64,000 bases of DNA from Octopus sinensis (taxonomy: Eukaryota). The stretch lies in assembly GCF_006345805.1 (NCBI RefSeq), contig NC_043014.1:35898001-35962000 (forward strand), read 5' to 3'. Of the stretch, positions 47,100 to 60,604 are shown piece after piece. Both the position numbers and the translations under genes were made by a program. The notes under the pieces were generated by a model. The model made no database searches and was not told the DNA's origin. It saw nothing but the letters and a program-made list of their open reading frames with translations. Every line of letters starts with the position of its first letter. The stretch's first letter is position 1.

Positions 47100-48744
47100 C
47101 CACATGAATTTTTTTGGATTACCTCCCGCCCCTTCATACACACACACAGAGTAAAAAAATGAATAAAATTCAACATTCTTGTTTTATATAACATGTCAAG
47201 TTCTTTTTCAAACTGTTAATGAAAAAAAAAAAATATATATATAATAAAATATGTTAAAAATAAAATTTCGTATTTTTAAATTGAAATAAAATCAATGGCA
47301 AAAAAAAAAAAAAAATTATAGCACCCCATCCACAACTTTCATTTCATTTAAAGCATCGTCAATAGATCAAATTCTGCAGAAGGATCAAAGACCCAAGAAG
47401 TCAAAAAAAAAAAAAGAAAGAAAGAAAAAAAAGAATTGTCAATGACATTTGTGTGTAGTCAATCATTTATGATGACATCTATTTTCTGAAGGATTACTAC
47501 AGTGGTAGAAATTGGAATTTCTAACCATAGGTGCAAGACCACACATTTTGTAGGAGCAAAAGTCATTTAGAATGACACAATTCCCACTATTACCTAACTG
47601 AAATTTATGTACAAGTTAACTATTAGTCCAGAAGGATTAATAGTTAATTTGGTCTGGGCAGGATTTGAACTCAGAATGCAAAGAGGAGCATATTTTGTCT
47701 ATTGCATTACCAATTCTGCTATCAACAGCAATCCATACAATACACTTTTGATGATGGGTGAAAATCTACAAAATTAGTATTGAAAATATGTGGACTAAGT
47801 TTAAAGTTTCTTAGGTAGTTAGACCTTTGAAAAGCCTGGGATACTTGGAAAAATTTTTTTTAAATAATGGTTTTGAATTCTGACATAAGGCCAGTAAATT
47901 TAGGTGAAGTGGGTAAGTAGATTACATTGACAGGTACTTATTTTATCAACTGCAAAACTATGAAAGGCAAAGTCAACCTCAGCAGAATTTCAACTGTGAA
48001 ACCAGAAACACTTGGCATTGTGCCTGACCTGTAAATGATTATGCAGCTTGCCATCTTTTAATTTGTTTAAATAATAAGGGTCCTAGAAGTGAAAAGGTTG
48101 GCAGCCAATGGTATAGCAGATTGGACATCATGTTTTGAACCCCAGAGAACTAAGAGATAAGGGGACTTCAGTAGATATCACATGGCATTTTGTCCTTAAT
48201 TCTAATGATTCTGCTATCCACTGCTCAAAGAACAACAAACATGAAAATGATTTCTTTCATTGGTACAGGGTCACAAATCTTTAGGAGAAGGCAGTGTCAT
48301 ATTTTAGTTGAGACCAAGTACATCACTAGTAGTTATTTTACTTAACCCATAGAAGTGAAAAGTGAAATAATTTCAGGTAGAATTTGAACTGAGAACATTG
48401 ATTTTAACATTTGGATAATAATAATGACAATTATTTCTAATACAGGTACAAAGTCAGAAATTTTCAAGAAGAGGTTGATCAATTAAATCAACTTAAATAT
48501 TTGACTGTTACTGCATTTTACTGACTCGAAAAAGAACGAAAAGCAATGGTGACCTTGGTAGGAATTGAACTTAGAGCATAAAGGACCATAAGTAAATATT
48601 GTCATTCATTTTGGCCAATACAGTTCTTCCAATCCACCACTTTGAAAATAATATTATTATTATAGAATCTTCAAGTAACAGCAATGTACTGGAGTCAATG
48701 TAACTGACATACCCACTCATGCCTTTGTGTCGACATTTGAAAGA

Positions 48745-48776
<32 letters not shown>

Positions 48777-49249
48777 CATCATTATTATTGTTAATAATAA
48801 TAATTATACTAATAAAAATATATTCTTACATTAGAAAAGGCCTGACAGTATATTTTTTAGAAGGGAAGGAAATTAAACAATTTATATCAGATTTAGTATT
48901 TAACAAGTAAACTAGTTAAATACTAGCATCTTAAAGATCCTCAAAAGATGAGAGGCAAAATTTGACCATTCCTGTGTATGTATGCATATCTGTAAATATT
49001 ATTTTGTGTATATGTATACATATGTATATGTACATGTGTGTGTGTGTGTGTGATTTCACAGAATTAAACTTTTTCTTTTACAAATGAAAAAATAGCATAA
49101 ATGATTCACATCTTTGTATAAAAAGAATTACTATATATGAAAAACAATGGCCATTAAAATACATATATGTGTGTGTGTATGAATGTGTGTGTGTGTATAT
49201 ACACGTATATAAAAGATTTACACATATTTTCTTAATGTCAGTAACCATT

Positions 49250-49405
49250 TCACACAGCAGAACCTGGTGCATATCGCTGGCTGTAGGAGCCACCATCATC
49301 TTCATCTTCTACATTCATTACTGGGTTCGCTTTACCTTCAACGGTGTAGACACCTATGTCTTGATTGTTTCGTGGGTTGGCATTGGCCCGACCTGTTTGT
49401 TTTGT
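49250..49405 (-). CDS. Probable terminal coding exon of a host gene (cytoplasmic tail of a membrane protein, possibly cadherin-related)
   Basis: Acceptor ttcttttctaacttccag; 52 codons TKQTGRANANPRNNQDIGVYTVEGKANPVMNVEDEDDGGSYSQRYAPGSAV*; non-repetitive and more GC-rich than its flanks; upstream exons not identified. Confidence 0.55.
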   Translation of the reverse strand, partial: TKQTGRANANPRNNQDIGVYTVEGKANPVMNVEDEDDGGSYSQRYAPGSAV

Positions 49406-49789
49406 CTGGAAGTTAGAAAAGAAAGAGAATTAAAATCACACAAAAATCAGCTTAACAATCCTTTCTATTATATGCACAAGGCCTTAAATTTTGCAGAGAA
49501 AGAGTTAGTCAATTACATCAACCCCAAGATCCAACTGGTATTTACTCTACCATACCCCAAAAGACTGAAAGGCAAAGATAAATGTAATGCTGGAAGAAAT
49601 GCCACTAAGTATTTTATCAGACATGCTAACGATTCAATACATACACCAGCTAAATAAAGGTTTCAAATTTTGGCACAAGGCCAGCAGTTTTGAGGTTACA
49701 TCGACCCCAGTGCTCAACTGATACTTATTTTATTGACCCTCAAAGGATGAAAGGCAAAGTCAACCGTGGCAGAAATTGAACTCTTAACA

Positions 49790-50060
49790 TAAAAAGCATC
49801 CAGTCTATACTGTAAAGTGGTTGGCATTTGGAAGGGCATCCAGCAGTAAAAACCACACTGAAACTAACCTCAACTGTGCTGGTGCCACATAAAAAGTACT
49901 CAGTCCACTTTGCAAGGTGGTTTAGGAAGGGCATCCAGCCGTAAAAATCATGCCAAAACAGATACTGAAGTCTAGCACAGTCTTCTTCCAAGCCAACTGC
50001 TGTCAAACTATCCAACTGATGCCAGAATGGAAAGCAGGCATTAAATGGTTACGATGATGA
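49790..50060 (+). mobile_element. SINE family C (ggaagggcatccagc core, (GAT)n tail), old copy
   Basis: tggttggcatttggaagggcatccagcagtaaaaacc...atggaaagcaggcattaaatggttacgatgatga. Confidence 0.7.
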
Positions 50061-50332
50061 ACATAGACACACAAAATGCCACTAAGCACTTTGCCTGGCA
50101 TGTTTCATAATTAACTGAACCCAAAGTAGTGTATTTCAACACAGATATAGTAACAAAAGTACTTTATTTTCTCAAACCCAGAAAGGAAAAAGCAGATTCG
50201 GTTTCAGCAGTATTTGAATTCAGAATGTAAAAGAATGTACCTAAAAATTGCAAGGCATTTTCTCCACTACTCAACGAAATTTGTTATCTCAACATGGTCA
50301 AATATTAAGCTACCACTTTCAAAATTAAATCA

Positions 50333-50625
50333 TCATCATCATTGTTCAACATCCGTTTTCCATGCTAGCATGGGTTGGACGGTTTGACCGGGGTCTGGGA
50401 AGCCAGGAGGCTGCACCAGGTTCGAGTCTGATCTGGCAGTGTTTCTACAGCTGGATGCCCTTCCTAACGCCAACCACTCCGTGAGTGTAGTGGGTACTTT
50501 TTACGTGCCACCAGCACAGGGACCAGAGGAGGCTGGTAATGTCCACGATCAGTTGGTGCTTTTTACATGCCACCGGCTTGGACACCACTCAAGGCGGCGC
50601 TGGCATATATAAACATATCTATTAT
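50333..50625 (-). mobile_element. SINE family C
   Basis: catcatcatcattgttcaacatccgttttccatgctagcatgggttggacgg...ctggatgcccttcctaacgcc; further copies at 54550-54645, 58528-58795 and 63225-63410. Confidence 0.8.
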
Positions 50626-50758
50626 TAATACAGTAGTACCTACCTACCCGCCTCTTATGTCATGCTAAAGGAAGTAGTTCAGAGTAAAATAAAGAAACAG
50701 TTGGTACTTATAATTATAGTAGAAGTGGCAACATTAGTATAGGAGGAGGAGAAGTCTT

Positions 50759-50978
50759 CCTTTCAATACCAATCCACCTGAAACCACCTCTGGCTCTGTA
50801 GTACAAAAGTCTTGTTTACATGAGTTTTCAATTAAAATCTTCCACCAAACCTTAGTCACATGTTCCTAACATTAGCTTAATGATAACTAAGTTATTTTAC
50901 TAAATTCTTTGTTATTCTTAGAATTAATTGAATGAAACACAGAACATCTCAAAATAAATACAGTAACGAAAAGGGTTA
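50759..50978 (-). mobile_element. piggyBac-type MITE, diverged copy
   Basis: Reverse homologue of 56501-56722; ends gtaacgaaaagggTTAA. Confidence 0.7.
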
Positions 50979-51353
50979 AATTTTTACAAGTTACTTTCTT
51001 AACAATAAGAAATTCTATGTATCTATCAATCCATTTTTCTGTCATAACTGTTTTTATCTCAATCTCTCACTCAATACACTAGTAACCTACACGACTCACA
51101 AAACATGGTTTACTTCAGTTTTTGCAATGCAATCGTTTCAGGAAATAAATTATTATTTTCTTACAACCATTTTAAAATCCATTTTAGTATTGAAAAATTT
51201 ATCAAGAATGAAGAATGAGTAATTTCACTAAGTCAAAGAAGTGATGCAGTAGCAATGCATCTTTGTTTAAGTTACATTCCTTAGTGTTCCATAACTTATT
51301 GGTCCCACATATATAGAGATCAATAAGAAAACAGATTGAAATAGTGTTGGAGC

Positions 51354-51575
51354 TACTCTTTACTCTTTTACGTGTTTCAGTCATTTGACTGCGGCCATGC
51401 TGGAGCACCGCCTTTAATCGAGCAACTCGACCCCGGGACTTATTTTTTTGTAAGCCCAGTACTTATTCTATCGGTCTCTTTTGCCGAACCGCTAAGTAAC
51501 GGGGACATAAACACACCAGCATCGGTTGTCAAGCAATGCTAGAGGGACAAACACAGACACACAGACACACACACG

Positions 51576-51621
<46 letters not shown>

Positions 51622-51786
51622 CGACGGGCTTATTTCAGTTTCCGTCTACCAAATCCACTCACAAGGCTTTAGTCGGCCCGAGGCTATAGTAGAAGACACT
51701 TGCCCAAGGTGCCATGCAGTGGGACTGAACCCGGAACCATGTGGTTGGTAAACAAGCAACTTACCACACAGCCACACCTGTGCCTA
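51354..51786 (-). mobile_element. SINE family A
   Basis: Full-length reverse copy. Confidence 0.92.
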
Positions 51787-52149
51787 GTTAGTGTAATATA
51801 GTAAAAACAAATAAAAAAAAAAGAAGTCAGCTCTTCCATCTTCCCTCTCCCTTCAAAGGCAAATTGAATCCAGAAAAATGTTAATTTTTCATGAGAAGAA
51901 TTAAATCTCTGAGTTGCTTTCTCAGGAGAATATTTTCATCAAGTATCACACACAAACAAACAAATGCACACAAGAAATACACATACAATACATACATATA
52001 TGTATATATACAATTGTCTCATACAATATAATAATGCATATATGAATAAAGTATGAGCCAGAGGGAGAGAGAAAATAACATGAAGATTAAGAGGAAAAAA
52101 AATTTAAGCAGTTGCTCAACCCTCAAGACATAGCAAGTAAATCATTTTC

Positions 52150-54100
52150 AAACCACACCCTATCATCTAAAATAAAAGAGGACATAGTAAACAGTGATAA
52201 ACAAATACGAGAGTAGTCATGGAGGGATTGTCTTTGATCATGGATGAATTAGGGCTAAACATCTTTATCACTAACAAGTGCCAATGAGAAAACTTGACTT
52301 GGCCACTCAAACAAGAAATAGCAGCCAAGTAACACCAACTCATACCCAACTGTTTTAAATATAGGATACAATTAGGCAATGTAGTCCTTGATAGATTAAT
52401 GATCCTCCTGGTTAGTCATTCAAGAACATTTATTTTTTGTGTGTTTTTCATGTTTATTGCTTCCTTACATCTGCCACATCTTCCTGCGATACTAATGTAT
52501 CTCTTATGTATCCATTCTTTTCACCTAGTAAACTATATGCAATTTCTACCCACACCTTTTCTACATACTGAACAGGACCATTTTTCTGAAAGGATTAGGG
52601 TACTTCCTGATTTCCTACTTACTATGAATTAGGTCTTTTCTAAGATAACTTTAAGACCCTATGGTTCCAAATTTTGCTTCCAAACGTGGAATTTCATATC
52701 TAATTCTACTACAATTTCAGTTATAAGAATAAAGTCATCAGCATAAAGGAGTTCCCTTATGTAACTGGTTTTAAAATCTTCTGTTATGGCCAAGACAACA
52801 ATGATAAGCAGGATGGGGCTAAGAGCTAAATCCTGGTAAACTCTTATCTGCACACTAAATTCATCAATATACTTGTTAAAACTCACTATACTGACAACAC
52901 TCCAGTATATGGTTTGGACAGCCATTCATCTATTCTTTTCTTCTGCAGCAACCACCAGATCAGGAAGCAAGAGAATTGTACATTGGTTTACTTTTGGTTA
53001 AATATTTCTCCTGCAGTTACCTTACTAGGAAGAGAGCATCAGTAGAACTTCTCCCTGACACAAAATCAAATTGTATCTCATCTAGTCTATCTTTTTTCCT
53101 AATTAATTGAACTATAACTCTCCATAACTTGTATGGCTTGATTCAGCAACTTGATTCTTGTAAATACTCCACTCTAAGTTATCTCTATTACCCTTTGAAG
53201 CAGTTCACTATATATTTCTTTACTACCCACAAGGGGCTAAACATAGAGGGGACAAACAAGGACAGACAAAGGGATTAAGTCGATTACATCGGCCCCAGTG
53301 CGAAATTAGTACTTTATTTATCGACCCCGAAAGGATGAAAGGCAAAGTCGACCTTGGCGGAATTTGAACTCAGAACGTAACAACAGATGAAATACCGCTA
53401 GGCATTTCACCCTTCGCGCTAACATTTCTGCCAGTTCGCTGCCTTCACTAAGCAGTTCACTATAATGCTACTACACCAGTCATTGAGTATGGTAGCTTCC
53501 TGTACTACCTCATTAACTATATGGGTCAGATGATTAGGCCAGATATATTAAACAACTCAGTTGTAATTTCCAATGGACCAGAGGTTTTCCCTGTCTTCAT
53601 ATTCTTAAATACATTATCTATCATACTGCTGTCAACTAGAATGGCTGGTCCCTCTGTTGGGTTCACATTTGGAAGGCTTTCTTTCTTCCATGCATTCTTC
53701 ACATTTATGTAGCATTTCAAATGGTACTTCCATTTGTCTTTGTTTTCAGAATCATCATGTGTAAGTGTACTATTATCTATCCGTGCAAACCTCTCTTCTG
53801 CAACAGCTTGATTTCCTGTGATACACTGTTTTGCAATCCAGAATACCTCATGTCTCAGGTCATTATACTACAGAACATTGGCAAGCCTTCTTTTTTGCAT
53901 CTCTCCTCACTAAATATACCTATTGCCTACCTTCTCTTCAAGCTACTTAGTATAATTCCCTTCAACTCCCTATTCCTTCCAAGCTTATTATCACTTTGTT
54001 TTTATGGCTTTACATATTTCACTGTTCCAGTATCATGTCACACTTGGTTTGGTCTACAGATCTCTGGTCTGTGTACTCACTAAATTGATTGGTAATTAGG
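52150..54100 (-). mobile_element. Decayed RTE-clade LINE
   Basis: VRVYQDLALSPILLIIV-like segment and ELLYADD; KNMKTGKTSGP; KWSCSVCRKGVGRN cysteine-rich insert. Confidence 0.82.
53213..53445 (-). mobile_element. SINE family B with 15-bp TSD inside the RTE
   Basis: aagcagttcactata at 53198-53212 and 53450-53464. Confidence 0.93.
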
Positions 54101-54135
54101 TCATTGGCTGGTTATATGTATATATATATATATAT

Positions 54136-54455
54136 ATACTTTATAATTAGGGTTCAGCAAAGATTTGCTTCACCACATACCGAAGTTTAGAAATAACAGT
54201 CAAAAAATCTTAGCTATTCCTTCTACTTTAAAAGGAGCTCCCAGAAAAACCAAAGTACTTGAAAACAATCCACGCAGGCAAAAGGGAAAAATAACGAAAA
54301 TCAATCAATATTAGGTTACCCACGTACGCGCGTTTCGGAACCCTAATTATAAAGTATTACTTAAGCTTACCATGAAATGGTCTTTTTCATGCCGAATTCT
54401 ACTTGGTGAAATTACTGATTACTTCTTAATTAATTAATTTTACCCTTTGTTATTA
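54136..54455. mobile_element. Repeat family E copy with a 20-bp inverted repeat
   Basis: atactttataattagggttc (54136-54155) versus gaaccctaattataaagtat (54338-54357). Confidence 0.7.
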
Positions 54456-55213
54456 TATATATATATATATATATATGCATACACAAATTTAACACACATC
54501 CTGTAATTCAAATACAATAACAACATATAAACAAATATATTTTACACCTATGCTTGGTGCAGCCATCTGGTTCACCAGCCCATAGTCAGACCGTCCAACC
54601 CATGCTAGCATGGAAAGCGGACGTTAAATGACGATGATGATGAATACATACAACAGACATACAGTCCACAGTTGCAAGCATACACATATACATGCTCTCT
54701 CTCTCTCTCACACACACACATACACATAATCTTGATCTATTATAAATAGCAGTCAAATTTCTTTTACTCCACTATTTAAAAAAAAGGAAAACAGATTGAA
54801 CATTAGACAAGGGTAACCCTGGATCCTTCTGGAAAGACAAACGTTGCTTAACGAAACATCTGCACATTCTGGTCTAAGTCTAACCTGGGTTAAACAACAA
54901 AATACATATTTATAATATCTACAAAAATTACAGAAAGAATCCCCCACTCTAATCAAACATACCTGTCTTCTCCCCTCTCTGTCTCTCACACACCTCATTG
55001 AAGTTGGTTGACCTAAATTTTTTAAGCCACAACATAATATGACAAAAATAGAAAAGCAAATATGCAATGGGTTCTGTAATGTAGGACACTGGCTATTGAA
55101 ATGATGTGACATGCACACACACACACACACACACACATCAATACAGAAAGAATCTGTATAGACCAGACAAACATATACATACACACATCCAAAACAATAC
55201 ACCCACCTTTAAT

Positions 55214-55286
<73 letters not shown>

Positions 55287-55392
55287 TTAATTATACACGC
55301 TAACCTAATTAAAGACTGATGTAAATTATATATATATATATAAGTGTAGGTGCAGATTATTTATAACAATACACCCACTTTTAATTATGTTT

Positions 55393-55431
<39 letters not shown>

Positions 55432-55576
55432 GTGTGCATTATATATGCATAATGTATTAAAGATGATTGTATGTATGCATACTTATTTAGTTAAATACAA
55501 TTTTAAATACACAGATAAAAGGAGAGAAAGAATGATACACATAAAATAGTCTAATATACCTGAAGATCATGCTTTC

Positions 55577-55618
<42 letters not shown>

Positions 55619-55854
55619 TCAATATATATGAACACATACATGAACATATACAAATAAACATTGACACACTCACACACACACTAAAGTAGCTTTCTGAAAT
55701 TTTCTTTCAGTATATTGGAATGCTAAGATTAGCAAATTATGACAAGTTGTAAACGCAATGAAACTAGTCAGTTAAGCCTGCAATCCAACCGTCACCATGA
55801 AGCCGATTTTGACAATAAGTCTAACTAGCTATACTTTTTTGCCTTTTATTTGTT

Positions 55855-56485
55855 TCATATTTCTTTATTGCCCACAAGGGGCTAAACATAGAGGGGACAA
55901 ACAAGGACAGACAAAGGGATTAAGTCGATTAGATCGACCCCAGTGCGTAACTGGTACTTAATTTATCGACCCCGAACGGACGAAAGGCAAAGTCGACCTC
56001 GGCGGAATTTGAACTCAGAACGAAGCGGCAAACGAAAAACCGCCAAGCATTTCGCCCGGCGTGCTAACGTTTCTGCCAGCTCGCCGCCTTCTATTTTATT
56101 TGTTTCAGTCACTGGACTGCAACCATGCTGTGGTGCAGCTTTCAAGAGTTTAGTCAAAGAAATCAATGCCAGTCCTCTCTTATTTTTCAAGTCTGGTACC
56201 TACATATTCTGTCAGTCACTTTTTTACCAAACAACTAAGTTATGAGAACACAAACAAACAAACCCCAGTGGTCAAGCAGTAGTGGGGGGACAAACACAAA
56301 GACACATACATATGTATATGACAAGCTTCCACACAGTTTCCATCGATGAAATTCACTAACAAGGCAGTGATGGTCAGCACAGAACTATAATAGAAGACAC
56401 TTGCACAAAATGTCAGGTATGGGATTGAACCTAAAACTATGTGGTTGCAAAGTGACCTTCTTAAACCACACAGACATACCTGTGT
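55855..56485 (-). mobile_element. SINE family B (55855-56090) abutting an old SINE family A (56092-56485)
   Basis: Consecutive family consensus matches. Confidence 0.85.
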
Positions 56486-56500
56486 CAATATGTTGATTAA

Positions 56501-56722
56501 CCCTTTCGTTACCACATTTATTTTGAGATGTTCTGTGTTTCTTTCAATTAATTTTAAATATAATAAAGAATTTAGTAAAATAACTTAGTTATCATTAAGC
56601 TGGTGTTAGGAACATAAATTGTGACTAAGGTTTGGAGGAAGATTTTAATTTAAACCTTATGAAAAAAAGACATTTGTACTACAGAGCCAGAGGCGGTTTC
56701 AGCCGGGTTGGTATCAAAAGGG
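56501..56722 (+). mobile_element. piggyBac-type MITE with TTAA target duplication
   Basis: TTAA-ccctttcgttacc ... ggtatcaaaaggg-TTAA. Confidence 0.85.
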
Positions 56723-57372
56723 TTAAAGAGAGAAATATGCCTTTATTCACAACCCATTCTGTATGGGTACAGCAGTAATTAATATTTGCCCACCAATCTT
56801 GTTGTAATGGCACAGTCTTGAATTCAATTTGATAAAGTTTTTAATTACTATTCTGTTGTGTCTGTGGAGAGTCATTTTCCTTTTGTGCCTTTTAATGTAA
56901 CACACTCACCAATGAAATTTCCACTTATTTCTTATTTTTATTTTCCTAAAATTTTCGTTGCATCTTTAACGGACAGAGTCAAGACCATTGAAAAGGTTGC
57001 AAGATGCAACAAAAATTTTATTAAAATAAAAATAAGAAATAAGTGGAAATTTTACCGGTGAGTGGTATTACATAAAGCACAAAAAGAAATTGACTCTCCC
57101 CAGACACAGAATATACTTCAACACACGAACTCATATGAAGAATCTTGCAAACCAAATCCCAAAACGAAATTTAATTACTATATTTTGGCATTTTGGAAAG
57201 AAGTGTTAAACAAATCCTGATGAGTTGTGAATACACATTAACTTATAACTTCTTTTCTTGTTCTAAAGTACCACCAATCATTTGACTTAACTGTGTGTGT
57301 ATTGGGATAGATAGTGGGGAGGAGTGATTATTTTCAGTGAAACATGTTTATCACCTATCACACAAACTCTTA

Positions 57373-57422
<50 letters not shown>

Positions 57423-57537
57423 AGTCATCCACAAGTCAGAAATAAAAGCACACTCAATATAAGAAATAAACCAATTTTGTTTATTTTATGTACGTTATTC
57501 AAACTACAATTAACCAAGCAGTTTAAAAACTAAAGAT

Positions 57538-57832
57538 CCTTCTTGTTCCTTCTCGAGCCACGCCTGGCTCATAAGGGCTGGTTTCCTAGGCATATAGGTT
57601 CCCCACCTGGACGGGATGCTGGTCCGTCGCAGGTGAGCTGCAAGATGCAGGAGGAAAGAGTGAGAGAAAGTTGTGGTGAAAGAGTCAGCAGAAGTTCGCC
57701 ATTACCTTCTGCTGGAGCCGCATGGAGCTTAGGTGTTTCGCTCATAAACACACACATCGCCCGGTTTGAGATTCGAACCCGCGATCCACAACCGCGAGTC
57801 CGCTGCTCTAACGACTAGGCCATGTGCCTCCA
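57538..57832 (-). mobile_element. SINE family F (V-domain-like)
   Basis: Reverse homologue of 14533-14820, with cctggacgggatgctggtccgtcgcagg and a tRNA-like head. Confidence 0.75.
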
Positions 57833-57979
57833 CTAGAGATCAAGAAAATATGTGTATAAAATAAAATAGTTACTGCAGTGAGGAGCTGACTAAACTTTGG
57901 GAAAATGTGTCAACTGCACTGATGATCCTAACTCACAATCAACAGACTAAAACCAGTAAGCGAATCACACACACACACA

Positions 57980-58281
57980 CTTTTCTTTTATTTGTTTCAG
58001 TCATTTGACTATGGCCATGCTATAGTACTGCCTTTAGACAAACAAACTGACCTCTGGACTTATTCTTTGTAAGCCCAGAATTTATTCTATTATCCCTTTT
58101 ACAAAGAATAAGTCCAGAGGTCAGTTTATTTCTGACTTGTGGATGACTAACTAATAATATATATATATATGTGTGTGTGTGTGTTAACAGTTTGTCCTCT
58201 CTAAGTTACGGGGACGTAAACACACCAACACCAGTTGTCAATTGATGGTGGAGGGACAAACACTGGCACATAAATGCATAC

Positions 58282-58315
<34 letters not shown>

Positions 58316-58503
58316 CCCCCCCACACACACACACGCGCAACAAGCTTCTTTCAGTTTCTATTTACCATATCCACTCACAAGGCTTTGGTCAGCCCAAAGC
58401 TATAATAGAAGACACTTGCTAAAGTACCACTCAGTGGGACTGATCCCAGAACTATGTGGTTGGGAAGTAAGCTTCTTACCACATAGTCACTCCTGGTCCT
58501 ATA
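57980..58503 (-). mobile_element. SINE family A carrying a complex templated insertion
   Basis: Family A consensus broken between tattctat and ctaagttacgggg by inverted copies of local sequence. Confidence 0.85.
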
Positions 58504-58527
58504 CTTAATACATATATACACACACAC

Positions 58528-58795
58528 ATCATCATCATCATCATCATCGTTTAACGTCCACCTTCCATGCTAGCATGGGTTGGACGGTTCAACTGGGGTC
58601 TGGGGAGCCTGAAGGCTGCACCAGGCCAGTAAGATCTGGCAGTGTTTCTACAGCTGGATGCCCTTCCTAACGCAAACCACTCCGAGAGTGTAGTGGGTGA
58701 TTTTATGTGCCACCGACACAGGTGCCAGACGAGGCTGGCGAACGGCCACGCTCGGATGGTGTTTTTTATGTGCCACCGACACAGGTGCCAGACAC
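58528..58795 (-). mobile_element. SINE family C
   Basis: catcatcatcgtttaacgtccaccttccatgctagcatggg...; internal duplication of tttatgtgccaccgacacaggtgccaga. Confidence 0.8.
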
Positions 58796-59614
58796 ACAAA
58801 TTTATATATATTGTATATATGTTCATGTGTGTGTATGTATATATACACACACATGCATATACATACATAAATATTTATATATGTATAATTTGTTTTTAAA
58901 CAGTTGTCACACAACAGAGCTTGTACAGGTGACCTGTCTAACCTGCTCTTCATAAAACTGTACAATACAAAGGCAAATAGAGAAAAAAAAAGCATGTCGA
59001 TATGTGCACTGTATTTCCAAGCATGCACAAATAGAAGTTCAGTGTGCCTGTCTTATAAAAAGCAATGCAAAATGATAACAGAAGTGGTAGTGGTGACATT
59101 GTTAAGCTCACAGTTAATGTTAGTGATATGGTGGTGTTTGGGTGGTGGTGGTAACAATAGTGACAAGGTGGTTGGAGTAATGGACTGAAAGAGAAGGTAG
59201 TGTATGTTCTGATCTTCCTTGTTTGGTTTACTAATCTAACTGTGCTAAGCACACTACTACTACTACTGTTGCTGCTACTGCTACCGCCACTAAGCATCAC
59301 TACTAAAATTACAACTACTAAGATTGCTGTTATCAGGCAAGCTCCCTTAACTCCCTCCCCCATTACTGCTGTAACTAAAGTTTCACTTAGCAACTACCTC
59401 ACGCACTAAGTTAATGAACACCACTCTACTTACTGTCTAAAACCTTCTTTGTATACAAGAACACACACGTTAAAACACTCATCTCTTCATGCATTAGTCA
59501 AAGACACAACAGAAAGTATTACTTTTCCATTTAAAGAGGAAACAGAGATTGAAATAAAGCCAAAATAAAATCCATTTTGCTCACAGAAATGCATACACAC
59601 ACATGAAACATATA

Positions 59615-60415
59615 CTTTCTTACTTGATTCAGTCGTTTGACTGTGGTCATGCTGGAGCACCGCCTTTAGTCAAGCAAATCGACCTCAGGACTTATTCTTT
59701 GTAAGCCTAGTACTTATTCTATCGGTCTCTTATGCTGAAACGCCTAGTTAAGGGGACGTAAACACACCAGCATTGGTTGTCAAGCGATGTTGGGCGGGGG
59801 TGGGACAAACACAGACACACAAACATATATATACATATATACGACGGGCTTCTTTCAGTTTCTGTCTACCAAATCCACTCACAAGGCTTTGGTCAGCCCA
59901 AGGCTATAGTAGAAGACACTTGCCTAAGGTGCCACGTAGTGGGACTGAACCCAGAACCATGTGGTTGGTAAGCAAGCTACTTACCACACAGCCACTCCTA
60001 CACCTGTGCGAATATATTTTCTTTTGCTCTTTTATTTGTTTCAGTCATTTGACTGTGGCCATGCAGGAGCACTGCCTTTAGTCAAATAAATTGACCCCAA
60101 AACTTATTCCTTATAAGCTTAGTACTTATTCTATAGGTCTCTTTTCCTGAACTGCTAAGTTACAAGGGAGATAAACACACCAGCATCGGTTGTCAAGCGA
60201 TGGTGGTAGGGGACAAACACAGACACACAAACATATATATACATACATATATATATATATACGACGGGCTTCTTTCAGTTTCTGTCTACCAAATCTACTC
60301 ACAAGGCTTTGGTCAGCCTGAGGCTTTAGCAACAGATGCTTGCCCAAGGTGCTACACGGTGGGACTGAACCCAGACCCATGTGGTTGGTAAGCAAGATAC
60401 TTATCACACAGCCAT
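59615..60415 (-). mobile_element. Two tandem SINE family A copies
   Basis: 59615-60000 and 60020-60415, same orientation, independently diverged. Confidence 0.9.
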
Positions 60416-60604
60416 ATATTTATATATATATATATATCCTCAGGCCTACTATAGCCTCAGGCTGACCAAAGCGGATTTGGTAGACAGAAACTGAAAGAAA
60501 CCTGTCATGTGTGTGTGTGTGTGTGCATACACACATCTATGTAAACACAGACCTATATACATATATATATATATATATATAAATATATATATACATACAA
60601 TTAT

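Noticed and set aside
49169-49657. 162-aa plus-strand ORF with a hydrophobic stretch
   Set aside because: Starts in a (GT)n tract and ends in a SINE remnant; the splice signal and cleaner peptide are on the opposite strand.
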